Shown here piece after piece: positions 32,456-41,621 of a stretch of 64,000 nucleotides of DNA; position 1 is the stretch's first letter, and every line of letters begins with the position of its first letter. The stretch spans positions 248,001 to 312,000 of the forward strand of contig CALSSD010000005.1 in assembly GCA_943788915.1 (NCBI GenBank). The letters run 5' to 3'. Source of the DNA: an uncultured Acidimicrobiales bacterium (lineage in GTDB: Bacteria; Actinomycetota; Acidimicrobiia; Acidimicrobiales; UBA10347). The translations under genes and the position numbers were made by a program. Under the pieces are notes generated by a model. The model was not told the DNA's origin. It worked only from the letters and a program-made list of their open reading frames with translations, and searched no databases.

Positions 32456-32514
32456 GTCTAGCCGCACAGAACGGTGGCCCCTCGCCATCACGGTTCTGAG
32501 GACTTCGAAGCCTG

Positions 32515-33765
32515 CTATTGGGCTCCGGAACAAATCCCATCTTGGCCCTTGGTGGCCAGGATCCGTGCTGCCCGGTTATCGACAATCGCTGCAAACAACG
32601 GATCCTCATCGGCCCGCATCACCAGATGGTTCAGCGCGGGCGTCACATCAGCCAGCGATCCAAGGATGGCAATATCCGCGCCAGCAACGATCGATTGCTC
32701 GAGTGCATCAAGCAGGCCGTACGTATTGATGATGGCCCCCATGTTCATCGCATCGGTAAAGACCAGCCCGCCGAAACCCAGCTCGTCTCGCAAGAGACCA
32801 GTAATTGTTTCGGGCGACAAACTCGTCGGCAGGTCGCCGCTCAGGCCAGGCACCGAAAGGTGGCCGATCATCACGCCAGCCTGTTCTCGGAATATCGGAT
32901 CCATCAAGATCTCGACGTACGGCACAAGATCCGATGATCGAAGGTCGGCGAGCGAAGGTGTTGTAGGTAACTCAAGATGCGAGTCGGCGGTTGCACTGCC
33001 GTGACCAGGGAAATGTTTGAACACCGGCGTGATCCCGGCTTCGACCAACCCGTCGGCCACCGCACGTCCGTAGCTCGCCACAACCTGTGGGTCATCGCTG
33101 AACGACCGGCTTTCGATGCCGGGGCCCGCTCCGACATCGAGCACAGGACCAAACACGACATCGATACCAAGCGCGCGCACACGCGAGCCGTATTCGACCC
33201 ATTGTTTCCTGGTGTCTTCGGGCGACTTTGATTGCGCAGTCTGAGCGGCTGACGGGATCGGCCCGAGCAGTCTCGCTAGTCGCTGGACAGAACCACCCTC
33301 TTCATCAGAAGCCACGAGTAGCGGCACGAATGAGGCCAGTTGCAACGCAGTCAGATCGGCTGCGATCTCGTCGTTCGGTTCACCAAGCAGACCAATACCG
33401 CCTAACTCCCCGTTGGCTGCGAACGCCTGAGCGCCAAACAGTTCGGCTTGTGTAACGAGAGGAAGGAGTAGTTGTGCAACCCGCTCGCGTCGCCCGAGGC
33501 AGCTGAGAGAACTAGGTGTTGGCAACGGGATTGGGGTTGAGAACACTTCGACAACTTGGGGCACTGCAGTTGACGCGTCGACGCCTGGCTGGGTTGCAGC
33601 CAGATCTGGTGTGGGATCCATTGCAGGCAGGAGCTCGGCCATCGGCGTGATTGCCGGTGTCGTCACGGCGTCGTCAGCAGTGGTGAGGCCACAGCCGGTT
33701 GCTAGCAGCAGCAACGCAGAGGCGGTCACCCAGAACTTGGCGACGCGAAGGTCAGAAATCGGCAC
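32515..33765 (-). CDS. GH3 beta-N-acetylhexosaminidase lipoprotein (NagZ/LpqI-like)
   Basis: SDEEGGSVQR, KHFPGHGSATADSH, FTDAMNMGAI; lipobox LATGC. Confidence 0.9.
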   Translation of the reverse strand: MPISDLRVAKFWVTASALLLLATGCGLTTADDAVTTPAITPMAELLPAMDPTPDLAATQPGVDASTAVPQVVEVFSTPIPLPTPSSLSCLGRRERVAQLLLPLVTQAELFGAQAFAANGELGGIGLLGEPNDEIAADLTALQLASFVPLLVASDEEGGSVQRLARLLGPIPSAAQTAQSKSPEDTRKQWVEYGSRVRALGIDVVFGPVLDVGAGPGIESRSFSDDPQVVASYGRAVADGLVEAGITPVFKHFPGHGSATADSHLELPTTPSLADLRSSDLVPYVEILMDPIFREQAGVMIGHLSVPGLSGDLPTSLSPETITGLLRDELGFGGLVFTDAMNMGAIINTYGLLDALEQSIVAGADIAILGSLADVTPALNHLVMRADEDPLFAAIVDNRAARILATKGQDGICSGAQ

Positions 33766-33871
33766 ATCGGAAGGCTAGGGGGCGCAACCGGGCAGAGACA
33801 CGCACCCCAGGAGGGAACACACCCCAACGACGCGCCCCAAAACGAGTGGCCCTATGACCTACCGTTAGGCG

Positions 33872-34606
33872 GTGCCATGGTTTTCGCTCTCACCCTTGCG
33901 TCGGATCACTCATGTAGTTGCTGCCATACTCACCGTTGCCGTTCTTGCGGCAGCTTGTGGTGGCAGCGATGAAGCCGAAACAGCCGAGGACGCTACCGAC
34001 ACGTCCATCGAAGCCGCTACCGAAGGGCCCGAGCCCACACCGACCGATGTTGCCGTCGTGACCAGCACACCGCTCCCGACAGCAACGCCGCTCCCGACGT
34101 CGACCCCCGAGCCACTCGAGGCACCAACCCCGTCGGCTGTGCTGTTGACCACCGCATTCACGAACTCATCACAGGTCACCACGGTGGGCATCGACGAAGT
34201 GTTCTTCGGCATGACCCCTGAGGAAGCGGCCGAAGCTGCCTCCACCGCGTGGGTCGAAATTCCGTCGGGCAATGGGCAGTGTTACCGGGTCACGCCCGCC
34301 AACGGACCCGACCGTTTGGAGTTGTGGATCGTCGATGGTTTCGTTGAGCGGCTCGACATCGAACATCCCGATATTCGAACTCGATCAAAACTTGGCGTCG
34401 GCAACACCATCGCTGAGCTGCGCAGCCAATTGGGTGACCGCCTAACCGTCGAGACCACCGGCGACGGCGGCCAGGTCGCCACCTTCACGCCAAGCGATGC
34501 TGGCGACGATGAATTCCGGCTGATCTTCGAACTCGAAGACGACCAGGTCGTGCGCTACCGCAGCGGCCGCATCGGCATCATCCAGCGGGCACCCGAGAGC
34601 TGCTGA
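33872..34606 (+). CDS. Hypothetical lipoprotein with Pro/Thr linker
   Basis: Lipobox LAAAC, PTPT linker, globular C-terminal domain. Confidence 0.75.
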   Translation: MPWFSLSPLRRITHVVAAILTVAVLAAACGGSDEAETAEDATDTSIEAATEGPEPTPTDVAVVTSTPLPTATPLPTSTPEPLEAPTPSAVLLTTAFTNSSQVTTVGIDEVFFGMTPEEAAEAASTAWVEIPSGNGQCYRVTPANGPDRLELWIVDGFVERLDIEHPDIRTRSKLGVGNTIAELRSQLGDRLTVETTGDGGQVATFTPSDAGDDEFRLIFELEDDQVVRYRSGRIGIIQRAPESC

Positions 34607-34612
34607 TCAGAA

Positions 34613-35158
34613 TCAATCAGCTGGGTCGGGTGGGGCGTCCCATGGCAGCACGAGTTCCATCGAATAACGATGATCGGCCACGGTGTGGACCACCCGCCCA
34701 CCCGTTGGTCCCCCAGCCAGCGCACCCAGATCTGGAGCGTGGGCGTCTCGGCGCAGGTGCATAACGACAAGTTCGCTCGGCCGGCCTAACACCTCGATGG
34801 CCGCATCGTCGAAGTGGGGTCGCACTGCCCGTAGCCAGTCCGCTGTCTCGCCCGTCTGGTGTTGTGCTGGCATGGCTTGGAGCTGTCGCCACGTCTTCTT
34901 CGGTTTGCCCCCGTGGACCCGCAGACCGGTTCGGCGCAGCGAACGCACAATCTCGCGTGAGTCCACGAGCTGGGCTATCTCGCATGCCGCTGGCCACAAA
35001 ACATCAGGAACGTCGTAGTGATCCCGGCCAAACGCCACCCACCGCAGGTTGAGCGCACGTCCGGCGGCATGCAACTCTTCCAGGCTTTGATCGCTGATCA
35101 TGTGCGCCCACAACATGCCCCGCCACTCCCATCGTGGTGTGTCGATGAACAGGCTCAT
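34613..35158 (-). CDS. DUF4031 domain protein with C-terminal extension
   Basis: FIDTPRWEWRGMLWAHMISDQSLEELH...F.RDHYDVP. Confidence 0.78.
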   Translation of the reverse strand: MSLFIDTPRWEWRGMLWAHMISDQSLEELHAAGRALNLRWVAFGRDHYDVPDVLWPAACEIAQLVDSREIVRSLRRTGLRVHGGKPKKTWRQLQAMPAQHQTGETADWLRAVRPHFDDAAIEVLGRPSELVVMHLRRDAHAPDLGALAGGPTGGRVVHTVADHRYSMELVLPWDAPPDPAD

Positions 35159-35205
35159 GGGCAATGCCTCCGAGTCGTACCAAAGCCGTGGCACACTGCA
35201 TAACG

Positions 35206-35559
35206 GTGACGACAAACGCCATACGAGTCCAGCTGCCCGGTGGGGCAATGTACGCGCCTGCGTTCCATGAAGCGGCCTCGAAGACCGGAGCCCGCAGCGG
35301 CTTGCCGGCAAAACACACCACTGCGCTGACGCAGATGATTGGCGCAGCTGTTGCTGTGCTGCACAGTGGCGACGCAACCACGGTCACCTTGGAAATGGTG
35401 GTTCACGATGACTCGATCTCGGCCAAGCTGACGGGCAAGGGATGCACCTCGCCGACCAAACGACTGGTGAAGGACCTCACGACCTTGGCCGCCAAGAAGG
35501 CGTCGTCGTTCGAGACCTCCAACACCTCGACCGCGCTCATCATTTCTTTCGACGTCTGA
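35206..35559 (+). CDS. Hypothetical protein (possibly degenerate anti-sigma/HATPase-like fold)
   Basis: Open frame filling the gap between the DUF4031 gene and dut; weak resemblance only. Confidence 0.45.
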   Translation: MTTNAIRVQLPGGAMYAPAFHEAASKTGARSGLPAKHTTALTQMIGAAVAVLHSGDATTVTLEMVVHDDSISAKLTGKGCTSPTKRLVKDLTTLAAKKASSFETSNTSTALIISFDV

Positions 35560-35573
35560 CGGCCAGACCGCAA

Positions 35574-36014
35574 CTACGCGGTCCCGGTTGAACCGAAGCC
35601 GCCGAGACCGCGTTCGGAATCAGGCAGATTCTGCACTTCTTCAAAGTTGACTTCTTCGTATGCTTGAATGACGAGTTGCGCGATCCGTTCACCCCGCACC
35701 ACCTCGAAGTCCGTCGTTGGATCGGTATTGATCAGCAACACCTTGAGTTCACCTCGGTAGCCGCTATCGATCAGACCGGGCGTGTTCAACACGGTCACGC
35801 CGTGTTTGTACGCCAAACCACTGCGAGGTTGGATGAAGCCCGCATACCCATCAGGAATGGCGATCGAGATACCCGTAGGCACGAGGGCTCGGCCGCCACC
35901 CGCAGCGATGGTCACGTTGGCGGATGCTCGCAAATCGACACCTGCATCACCAGGAGTGGCATGGGCGGGCAGTTCAAGATCTGCGTCGGCTCGGACAACA
36001 GGAATATTCAGCAC
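35574..36014 (-). CDS. dut: dUTP diphosphatase
   Basis: GDAGVDL, PRSGLA, GLIDSGYRGE, ERIAQLV, RGLGGFGSTG. Confidence 0.97.
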   Translation of the reverse strand: MLNIPVVRADADLELPAHATPGDAGVDLRASANVTIAAGGGRALVPTGISIAIPDGYAGFIQPRSGLAYKHGVTVLNTPGLIDSGYRGELKVLLINTDPTTDFEVVRGERIAQLVIQAYEEVNFEEVQNLPDSERGLGGFGSTGTA

Positions 36015-36092
36015 CCGTGCATCCTACGTTTCTGACCGTCGGGGCTATCTGCATTTCTGTATCACAGCGATGCCCGGATACGGTTGCGGGCG

Positions 36093-36653
36093 ATGCTCGC
36101 ATGGATGGATCTTGAGATGACTGGCCTCGACCCGTCTCAACATGTAATCGTTGAGATTGCGACGTTGCTCACCGATGACGATCTCAATCTGATCGCCGAA
36201 GGCCCCGAACTGATCGTGCATGCCACGGCCGACGAGTTGGCCCGCATGGACGACTTCGTCACCAACATGCACACCAAGAGTGGGCTGCTCGACCAAATCA
36301 AGGCATCGACCGTTTCGCTCGAGGAAGCCACCAACCAGACCTTGGCCTTTCTCCAGGAGCACATTCCTGAAGCGCGGACCGTGCCGTTGTGCGGCAACTC
36401 GATCGGCACTGACCGTCGATTCTTGGCCATCTATATGCCCGAGATCGAAGAATTCCTGCACTATCGATCGGTCGATGTGTCGACTATCAAGGAACTCGCT
36501 CGCCGCTGGTACCCCGACGCTATGACATCGGTGCCCTCCAAAGACGGCGGACACCGGGCTCTCGACGACATCCGAGAGAGCTTGAAAGAACTCGAATATT
36601 GGCGCGGTGCGGTATTCGCCGATGCGCCAGCCGCCGAAGAAAGCACCGACTAG
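36093..36653 (+). CDS. orn: Oligoribonuclease
   Basis: WMDLEMTGLD, MHTKSGL, LCGNSIGTDRRFL, HRALDDIRES. Confidence 0.97.
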   Translation: MLAWMDLEMTGLDPSQHVIVEIATLLTDDDLNLIAEGPELIVHATADELARMDDFVTNMHTKSGLLDQIKASTVSLEEATNQTLAFLQEHIPEARTVPLCGNSIGTDRRFLAIYMPEIEEFLHYRSVDVSTIKELARRWYPDAMTSVPSKDGGHRALDDIRESLKELEYWRGAVFADAPAAEESTD

Positions 36654-36659
36654 GACACG

Positions 36660-37739
36660 ATGAGTCAACCTACGGACACCCGGCCCGAGCGCTCCGAGAA
36701 GCGCCCAGCCACCGACGAGATCACCGAACTCGCTCCTGGCGTGCTGCGAAGCCAACTCCCGGTGCAGCTCCCTGGCCTTGGTCATGTGAACTGTTACATG
36801 CTCCAAGATGGCGATGGTGTTGCACTCGTCGACCCTGGGCTTCCTGGCGAACAAGCCTGGCAGGCCCTCGTCGATCGGCTCAAACGAGCCGATTACAGCG
36901 TTGGCGACGTGCACACCGTGATCGTTACCCACTCGCACTACGACCATTACGGGGGCGCCGAACGCCTGCGTGAAGAAGCCGGCGCTCGGATCGTGGGCCA
37001 TCGCGATCTGTTTAACAGCATGGCTCCACCCGACATCGACGACGATGCCGAGTTCATCGACATGGACGGCGAAATCAAAATCGGTCGAGGCGAAACCGGA
37101 TTTGGGCGAGTCACCCCGTGGGGAACGTGGTCCGAGCCACCGACAGAGGTCGTCGAACATTGGCAGAAGCTTGGGATCGGCGTTGGCAACGACTTCCCCC
37201 ACGCACCCCGGCCCGACCTCGCTCTCGGCGATGCAGATCAGATCATGCTCGCTGGACGCCCGTGGGTTGCTGTGCACACACCTGGCCACACTGCCGACCA
37301 TCTGTGTCTCTACGACGCCGAGAACGGCCTGATGCTCACTGGTGACCATGTGTTGCCTACCATCACGCCCCACATCAGCGGTTTCGCCGATGGCGAGGCA
37401 CCACTCAAGAAGTTCATGGATTCGCTGCAACGGATGCACGATTACAGCGATGTCACGCTGGCTATGCCTGCCCATGGTGATCCGTTCACGGATCTCACCG
37501 GCCGTGCCGACCACATCTGTGGCCATCACCTCGAACGGCTCGACGAGTTCCGCGCCGCAGCTGCTGAGCTCGAAACCGCCAACGTGAACGCGTACATGAA
37601 GCACGCGTTCAAGGAACGTTCCTGGGGCAGCATGGCTGAATCAGAGACCTACGCCCACCTGGATCACCTGCGCGATCATGGTGAACTCGACACCACCTGG
37701 GTAAATGGCCTCCTGCACTTCACCCAACCAGGCTTGTAA
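36660..37739 (+). CDS. MBL-fold metallo-hydrolase
   Basis: THSHYDHYGG, HTPGHT, GDHVLP, PAHG. Confidence 0.92.
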   Translation: MSQPTDTRPERSEKRPATDEITELAPGVLRSQLPVQLPGLGHVNCYMLQDGDGVALVDPGLPGEQAWQALVDRLKRADYSVGDVHTVIVTHSHYDHYGGAERLREEAGARIVGHRDLFNSMAPPDIDDDAEFIDMDGEIKIGRGETGFGRVTPWGTWSEPPTEVVEHWQKLGIGVGNDFPHAPRPDLALGDADQIMLAGRPWVAVHTPGHTADHLCLYDAENGLMLTGDHVLPTITPHISGFADGEAPLKKFMDSLQRMHDYSDVTLAMPAHGDPFTDLTGRADHICGHHLERLDEFRAAAAELETANVNAYMKHAFKERSWGSMAESETYAHLDHLRDHGELDTTWVNGLLHFTQPGL

Positions 37740-37754
37740 TTCTTCTGTCACATA

Positions 37755-37783
37755 AACGAACCGGTGCCTGGCACCGGTTCGTT
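37755..37783. repeat. Perfect palindrome (family B; REP-like or terminator)
   Basis: aacgaaccggtgcc-t-ggcaccggttcgtt, 14-bp arms, just after the MBL stop. Confidence 0.8.
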
Positions 37784-37891
37784 AGTCACAACTCCCGATC
37801 GCTGCAATGGCGTGGTTTGGCGCGCTCTGCTGTCGGACCACTCGGCCCATAGTTGTGTGTGGCGGAACGATGACAAACGCCGTATCTGCGC

Positions 37892-37930
37892 TTAATCATT
37901 TGACAGACCGCGACAAACCTTGTTCTCTTG
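37892..37930 (+). promoter_or_regulatory. Candidate whiB7 leader promoter: AT-rich tract and TTGACA -35
   Basis: ttaatcat followed by TTGACA at 37900-37905; the -10 element is not clear. Confidence 0.4.
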
Positions 37931-37958
37931 TACTCGTCCCCCACCCGAGGAGTCTTTG

Positions 37959-38189
37959 ATGATGCATCAACTTCGTGTTTACAGCCAGCGTGTGAACGCT
38001 TCTGCTGCGCGCGTCGTCGACTCTGCGTCGGCTCTGCGCGGGAATCTCGGACTCGCTACCGCTGGTACGACCACCACCTTTGGCACTTTTGGCACCTTTG
38101 CGTGGAATGCCATGCCGTCGGTACACGCCCCCGCCATTTGCACCCACGGCAAGCGATATGAACGGCGGCCTCAGGAGATGCTCACGTAA
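37959..38189 (+). CDS. whiB7 leader peptide (uORF, 76 aa)
   Basis: GAGGAG at 37947-37952 before ATG; ends just upstream of an intrinsic terminator; 3' end carries the antiterminator arm. Confidence 0.75.
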   Translation: MMHQLRVYSQRVNASAARVVDSASALRGNLGLATAGTTTTFGTFGTFAWNAMPSVHAPAICTHGKRYERRPQEMLT

Positions 38190-38223
38190 CAACGTGTAGC
38201 AATCGAAACTCTTGAAGCCGCCG
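38163..38223 (+). promoter_or_regulatory. Antiterminator of the whiB7 attenuator
   Basis: cggcggcctcaggag (38163-38177) pairs with ctcttgaagccgccg (38209-38223): 13 Watson-Crick pairs, 1 GU, 1 mismatch; overlaps the terminator 5' arm. Confidence 0.75.
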
Positions 38224-38251
38224 GACTGAGTCCGGCGGCTTTCTTCATTTT
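38215..38251 (+). terminator. Rho-independent terminator (attenuator) upstream of whiB7
   Basis: aagccgccggac-tga-gtccggcggctt 12-bp stem followed by tcttcatttt. Confidence 0.88.
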
Positions 38252-38304
38252 GTCCTTACTCACAACTGACTATTCACATAGAGACCAGAACCAAGAGACA
38301 CGTC

Positions 38305-38658
38305 ATGTTTACGACGATCCCAGACAACCAAACCACCGGCCAAGAGGCGTGGCGAACCCAGGCTCGATGCGCAAGCGGCGACGGCACGTTGGCCGCCACG
38401 TTCTTCAGCGAGGAACTCCAGGACATTGCGGCCGCGAAACGCATCTGCGCTGAGTGCCCAGTCATGGCTGACTGTCTCGAGGATGCCCTCGAGCGTTACG
38501 AGCCATACGGCGTGTGGGGCGGCCAGCTATTCCTGAACGGCAAGGTTCTCACGAACAAGCGCCGTCGGGGCCGCCCACCAAAGGTTGCTCGACCCGAGGA
38601 TGACTTTCCACTCATCCCCGTGCCCGAGCGGCTGGTGTCACTCCTACGCACTGCATAG
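38305..38658 (+). CDS. whiB7: WhiB7/WblC-like Fe-S transcription activator
   Basis: Four Cys (C..CxxC..C), EPYGVWGG, AT-hook KRRRGRPPK; uORF/terminator leader. Confidence 0.85.
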   Translation: MFTTIPDNQTTGQEAWRTQARCASGDGTLAATFFSEELQDIAAAKRICAECPVMADCLEDALERYEPYGVWGGQLFLNGKVLTNKRRRGRPPKVARPEDDFPLIPVPERLVSLLRTA

Positions 38659-38672
38659 CCAGAAGCACCTCC

Positions 38673-38706
38673 GAAAAGTTACTTCCCCAGGGGAACATAA
38701 CTTTTC
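38673..38706. repeat. REP-like palindrome, family A copy 3
   Basis: gaaaagttacttccccaggggaacataacttttc, 14 bp after the whiB7 stop. Confidence 0.82.
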
Positions 38707-38800
38707 ACAAACCAGAAACCGTGCGTCGCAGGACTCGGGGTCGAAGTGCCGCTTAGACGAGCTTCGACCAATGATGGGCTTCTCCGGACGACAGCCAGAG

Positions 38801-38851
38801 CAAACGAGGGAGCCCCGGCCAGATCATCTGGCCGGGGCTCTGTTGCGTTTG
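38801..38851. terminator. Probable bidirectional terminator between whiB7 and ccdA
   Basis: gagccccggccagat-c-atctggccggggctc 15-bp arms, outer caaacg/cgtttg. Confidence 0.7.
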
Positions 38852-38916
38852 AGATCTCGTGCGCTCGTTGCCCTGACGAGGCGGCTAGACAGGTAGGCAG
38901 TTAGGAAGTCAGGCAG

Positions 38917-40053
38917 TTAGGCGCTGACCAGGTGATCCGCAGCGGTTCCGTCGGCTTGTTCGCCTTCATTGTCTCGGAAGAAACGGAAGTAGATGGCTAG
39001 ACCGATGACACCGAGCACAAACAGTTCACCAAGCACAGCCCACCGCAATGGATCAGTGAACCAATTGCCGATGCGAGCGGGGAATCCAACGATCGTGCGG
39101 ATGAGAGGCAACACGAAAAGGTTGGCCCGTTCGCCGTTCCACGACTGCACAAACTCAAGGAGCGCCCAACTCACACCAAGAGCACCAATGGCGCCGTAGC
39201 GGGTTTCCTTGTTCATCTCTGACCACACGCCTCGGATAAGCGCTGCAGCAACCATCAATAACAGACCAGCACCCAGGCGGGTTGCACCGGTTTCGTTGAT
39301 CCAGATGTTGACCTGTGTCTGCATGTTTTCGAAGAAGGAAACGAGTGAGTTCTGCTGGATGTTGCCTCGCAACACTTGAATTTCCCACCAGCCGTACACG
39401 ACCAAGTACGCACCTGAAAGCGTCAACAACACGCCACTGATGCGGTTCACCCACGGCAAGATCTTGCGCATATTGGTGGCGATCGAGGTCTTGGCCAAAG
39501 CGAGCGCCACCGTCAGGGTCATAATCACGGCTCCCATACCCAAGCCATAAGCCACAAAAACCGAGACACCGTCGATGAAACCGCCCGAGGTAAACACGTT
39601 CGAGACACCAGCGATGAACAGGCCAACTGTGCAGCCCAGCGATACCACCGCATAACTGACGCCGAACAAGAACATGGAGACCACTTCGCCGGAGTCACCG
39701 CCCTTCTGCAACCGCGGCGTCGACAACTTGAGCTCAAAACCCTTGAGCATGGCGAAACCAAACGGAATCAGCAAGATGCCCAGACCGAACGTGACATACG
39801 GCGTGTAGTTGAGGACCGACCCGCTACTCAACAGGCTCGAGGTCAATATGCCAAATGCGCCGAACACAGCCACGAAACCTGCGGTCAACGCAAGTCCGAC
39901 CTTAAGCGCACGCATGATGTTTCGGGCGGTGGATGTGTCGCTGTCCTTCCCAAGGAAGAACGAGACGTACACCGGAAGCATGGCAAAGCCGCAAGGATTA
40001 AAAGCAGCCACGAGTCCCAGCGTGAACGGGAAAGCAAGATCGGCACTAAACAT
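38917..40053 (-). CDS. ccdA: Cytochrome c biogenesis CcdA/DsbD-TM family protein with C-terminal extension
   Basis: AAFNPCGFAMLP and SLGCT cysteines; multiple TM helices. Confidence 0.85.
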   Translation of the reverse strand: MFSADLAFPFTLGLVAAFNPCGFAMLPVYVSFFLGKDSDTSTARNIMRALKVGLALTAGFVAVFGAFGILTSSLLSSGSVLNYTPYVTFGLGILLIPFGFAMLKGFELKLSTPRLQKGGDSGEVVSMFLFGVSYAVVSLGCTVGLFIAGVSNVFTSGGFIDGVSVFVAYGLGMGAVIMTLTVALALAKTSIATNMRKILPWVNRISGVLLTLSGAYLVVYGWWEIQVLRGNIQQNSLVSFFENMQTQVNIWINETGATRLGAGLLLMVAAALIRGVWSEMNKETRYGAIGALGVSWALLEFVQSWNGERANLFVLPLIRTIVGFPARIGNWFTDPLRWAVLGELFVLGVIGLAIYFRFFRDNEGEQADGTAADHLVSA

Positions 40054-40056
40054 CGA

Positions 40057-40716
40057 CTACTCCGGAAGAAGGTTTTCGTTGATGAGGCGAGTGAGCTCAT
40101 CTGCGGTCAGAACGCCAGCCCACGATCCGGCCACTTGGCCCTGTGCGTTCAGAAACACCGTGGTCGGCATAACAAAACCACCGAATTCACGAAACACCAC
40201 CGACGTGGTGTCGTCAGCAAGCGGATAGGAAACACCCGTCTGGGCCGCCAACGCAACAGCAGCCTCGCGGCTGACATCAGCAGTATTCATGCCGACAAAG
40301 TCAACACGATCGCCGAGCGCGAGGTGCACTTCTTCAAAGTCGGGCATTTCGGCAACACATGCTGCACAGTTGCTAGCCCAAAAGTTCAGAACCGTTGGTC
40401 GACCCTTGAACTCGGCAGTCGAGGCCAACGTCCCATCGAAGTACTCGAATGGCACGATCGGCGTGAGTTCCAAACCATCAACCAGCGATGGAAGATCCGA
40501 TTGTGGTTCGGCAGGGTCTCCTTCGAGGACATCTGGTGGTTTCACCAAGATGCCGCCGCCGTTCGTTTCGACGGGGTCCACCGCGGCTGCGGCTGCTGCG
40601 AGATCGTCATCACTGCCGCCACAAGCGGCCGCGAACAGGCTCAGAATAAGCGCTCCCGCGAACAGCCGGAGGGAAAGCCGGTTGCGGGAGTTGAAATTGT
40701 GGAGGGACAATCGCAT
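40057..40716 (-). CDS. TlpA/ResA-family thiol-disulfide oxidoreductase lipoprotein
   Basis: Lipobox AAAC; LNFWASNCAACVAEMP; MPTTVF cis-Pro loop. Confidence 0.9.
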   Translation of the reverse strand: MRLSLHNFNSRNRLSLRLFAGALILSLFAAACGGSDDDLAAAAAAVDPVETNGGGILVKPPDVLEGDPAEPQSDLPSLVDGLELTPIVPFEYFDGTLASTAEFKGRPTVLNFWASNCAACVAEMPDFEEVHLALGDRVDFVGMNTADVSREAAVALAAQTGVSYPLADDTTSVVFREFGGFVMPTTVFLNAQGQVAGSWAGVLTADELTRLINENLLPE

Positions 40717-40994
40717 GTCTTCTCATTCCAGCACGAGACACGACAGTCTCGCAGCACAGTTCGGTGATGACATGGTTCAAACCCTTTGAGGACCTAAGGC
40801 AATTCCCCAAAAAGATGACGATCTACGAAACACAACCTTTCGGTCGCCTTTATCGCTGGTCCCCATCGGCCCTGCGCACGTCTGGTTCGTCGGCCGACTG
40901 CACCTGCATCTCGATCACAAGGAGCAGCGCAAGGAACAACACGATGAACCTCGCTACCGAGACACTGCAAACAACCTTTGCGCTCGATCAGCGG

Positions 40995-41621
40995 CTATTC
41001 GCTGGTCCAGGACTCGGCAGCTTCGGTTAGCCCATCGATGAGCGCCTGGACCTGCGGCGCACGGCCATGTGAGCCAAGATCACTCCAGTGTCGTCCCTTG
41101 CGGTTCCAGCGGACCGTAGCCGGCAGCTCGATCTGCACCCCCTGCGACGTTGGCAGGTTGACCGGATTCAATGGATGCATGCCAGCGAGCTCGCGGGGAA
41201 GATCACCGGGACTATCGATGATGTGGTAGTCGGGAAGCCGCCGCCGGAGATGGCGAGCAACATGTTCGGCTAGTTCACGATTGCGGCCGCCAAGAAGAAG
41301 CGCGTGCCACAAACGTTTGCGGCCATACCCGTGGATGGTGACAACCGCGTCGACGTGGGAAACGAACTCGGCCAGTTTGGGCGATTCGGCTGGCGCAACC
41401 GTGTTCGACGGCAGGTGCACTACCGAATCCTCGTCGGTCTGGAGCACGCCGTAATACGAACAGCCAGATGCCCGAGCTGCCGAGCTCGCGATGACATCGG
41501 TGACTTTTTCGAGTTGGCCGCCGTGATAGGCCATAAAACCTAACCGAGGCGAACGTAGCTCGCAGACTTCGGTGACGTTGGCCTGGGCCAGTAATTCACC
41601 GAAGCCGGGTTTGGCTCTCAT
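40995..41621 (-). CDS. Poly-gamma-glutamate hydrolase family protein (PghP/DUF867-like)
   Basis: AYHGGQLE, VVTIHGYG, LAGMHPLNPVN, GVQIEL motifs; ATGA overlap with acoC. Confidence 0.8.
   Translation of the reverse strand: MRAKPGFGELLAQANVTEVCELRSPRLGFMAYHGGQLEKVTDVIASSAARASGCSYYGVLQTDEDSVVHLPSNTVAPAESPKLAEFVSHVDAVVTIHGYGRKRLWHALLLGGRNRELAEHVARHLRRRLPDYHIIDSPGDLPRELAGMHPLNPVNLPTSQGVQIELPATVRWNRKGRHWSDLGSHGRAPQVQALIDGLTEAAESWTSE

Noticed and set aside
36045..37604. 519-aa - strand ORF
   Set aside because: Antisense shadow of orn and the MBL hydrolase.
40850..40942. 30-aa hydrophobic small ORF on the - strand (MLFLALLLVIEMQ...)
   Set aside because: Weak GAGG RBS only and no recognisable family; cannot be told from chance without conservation data.
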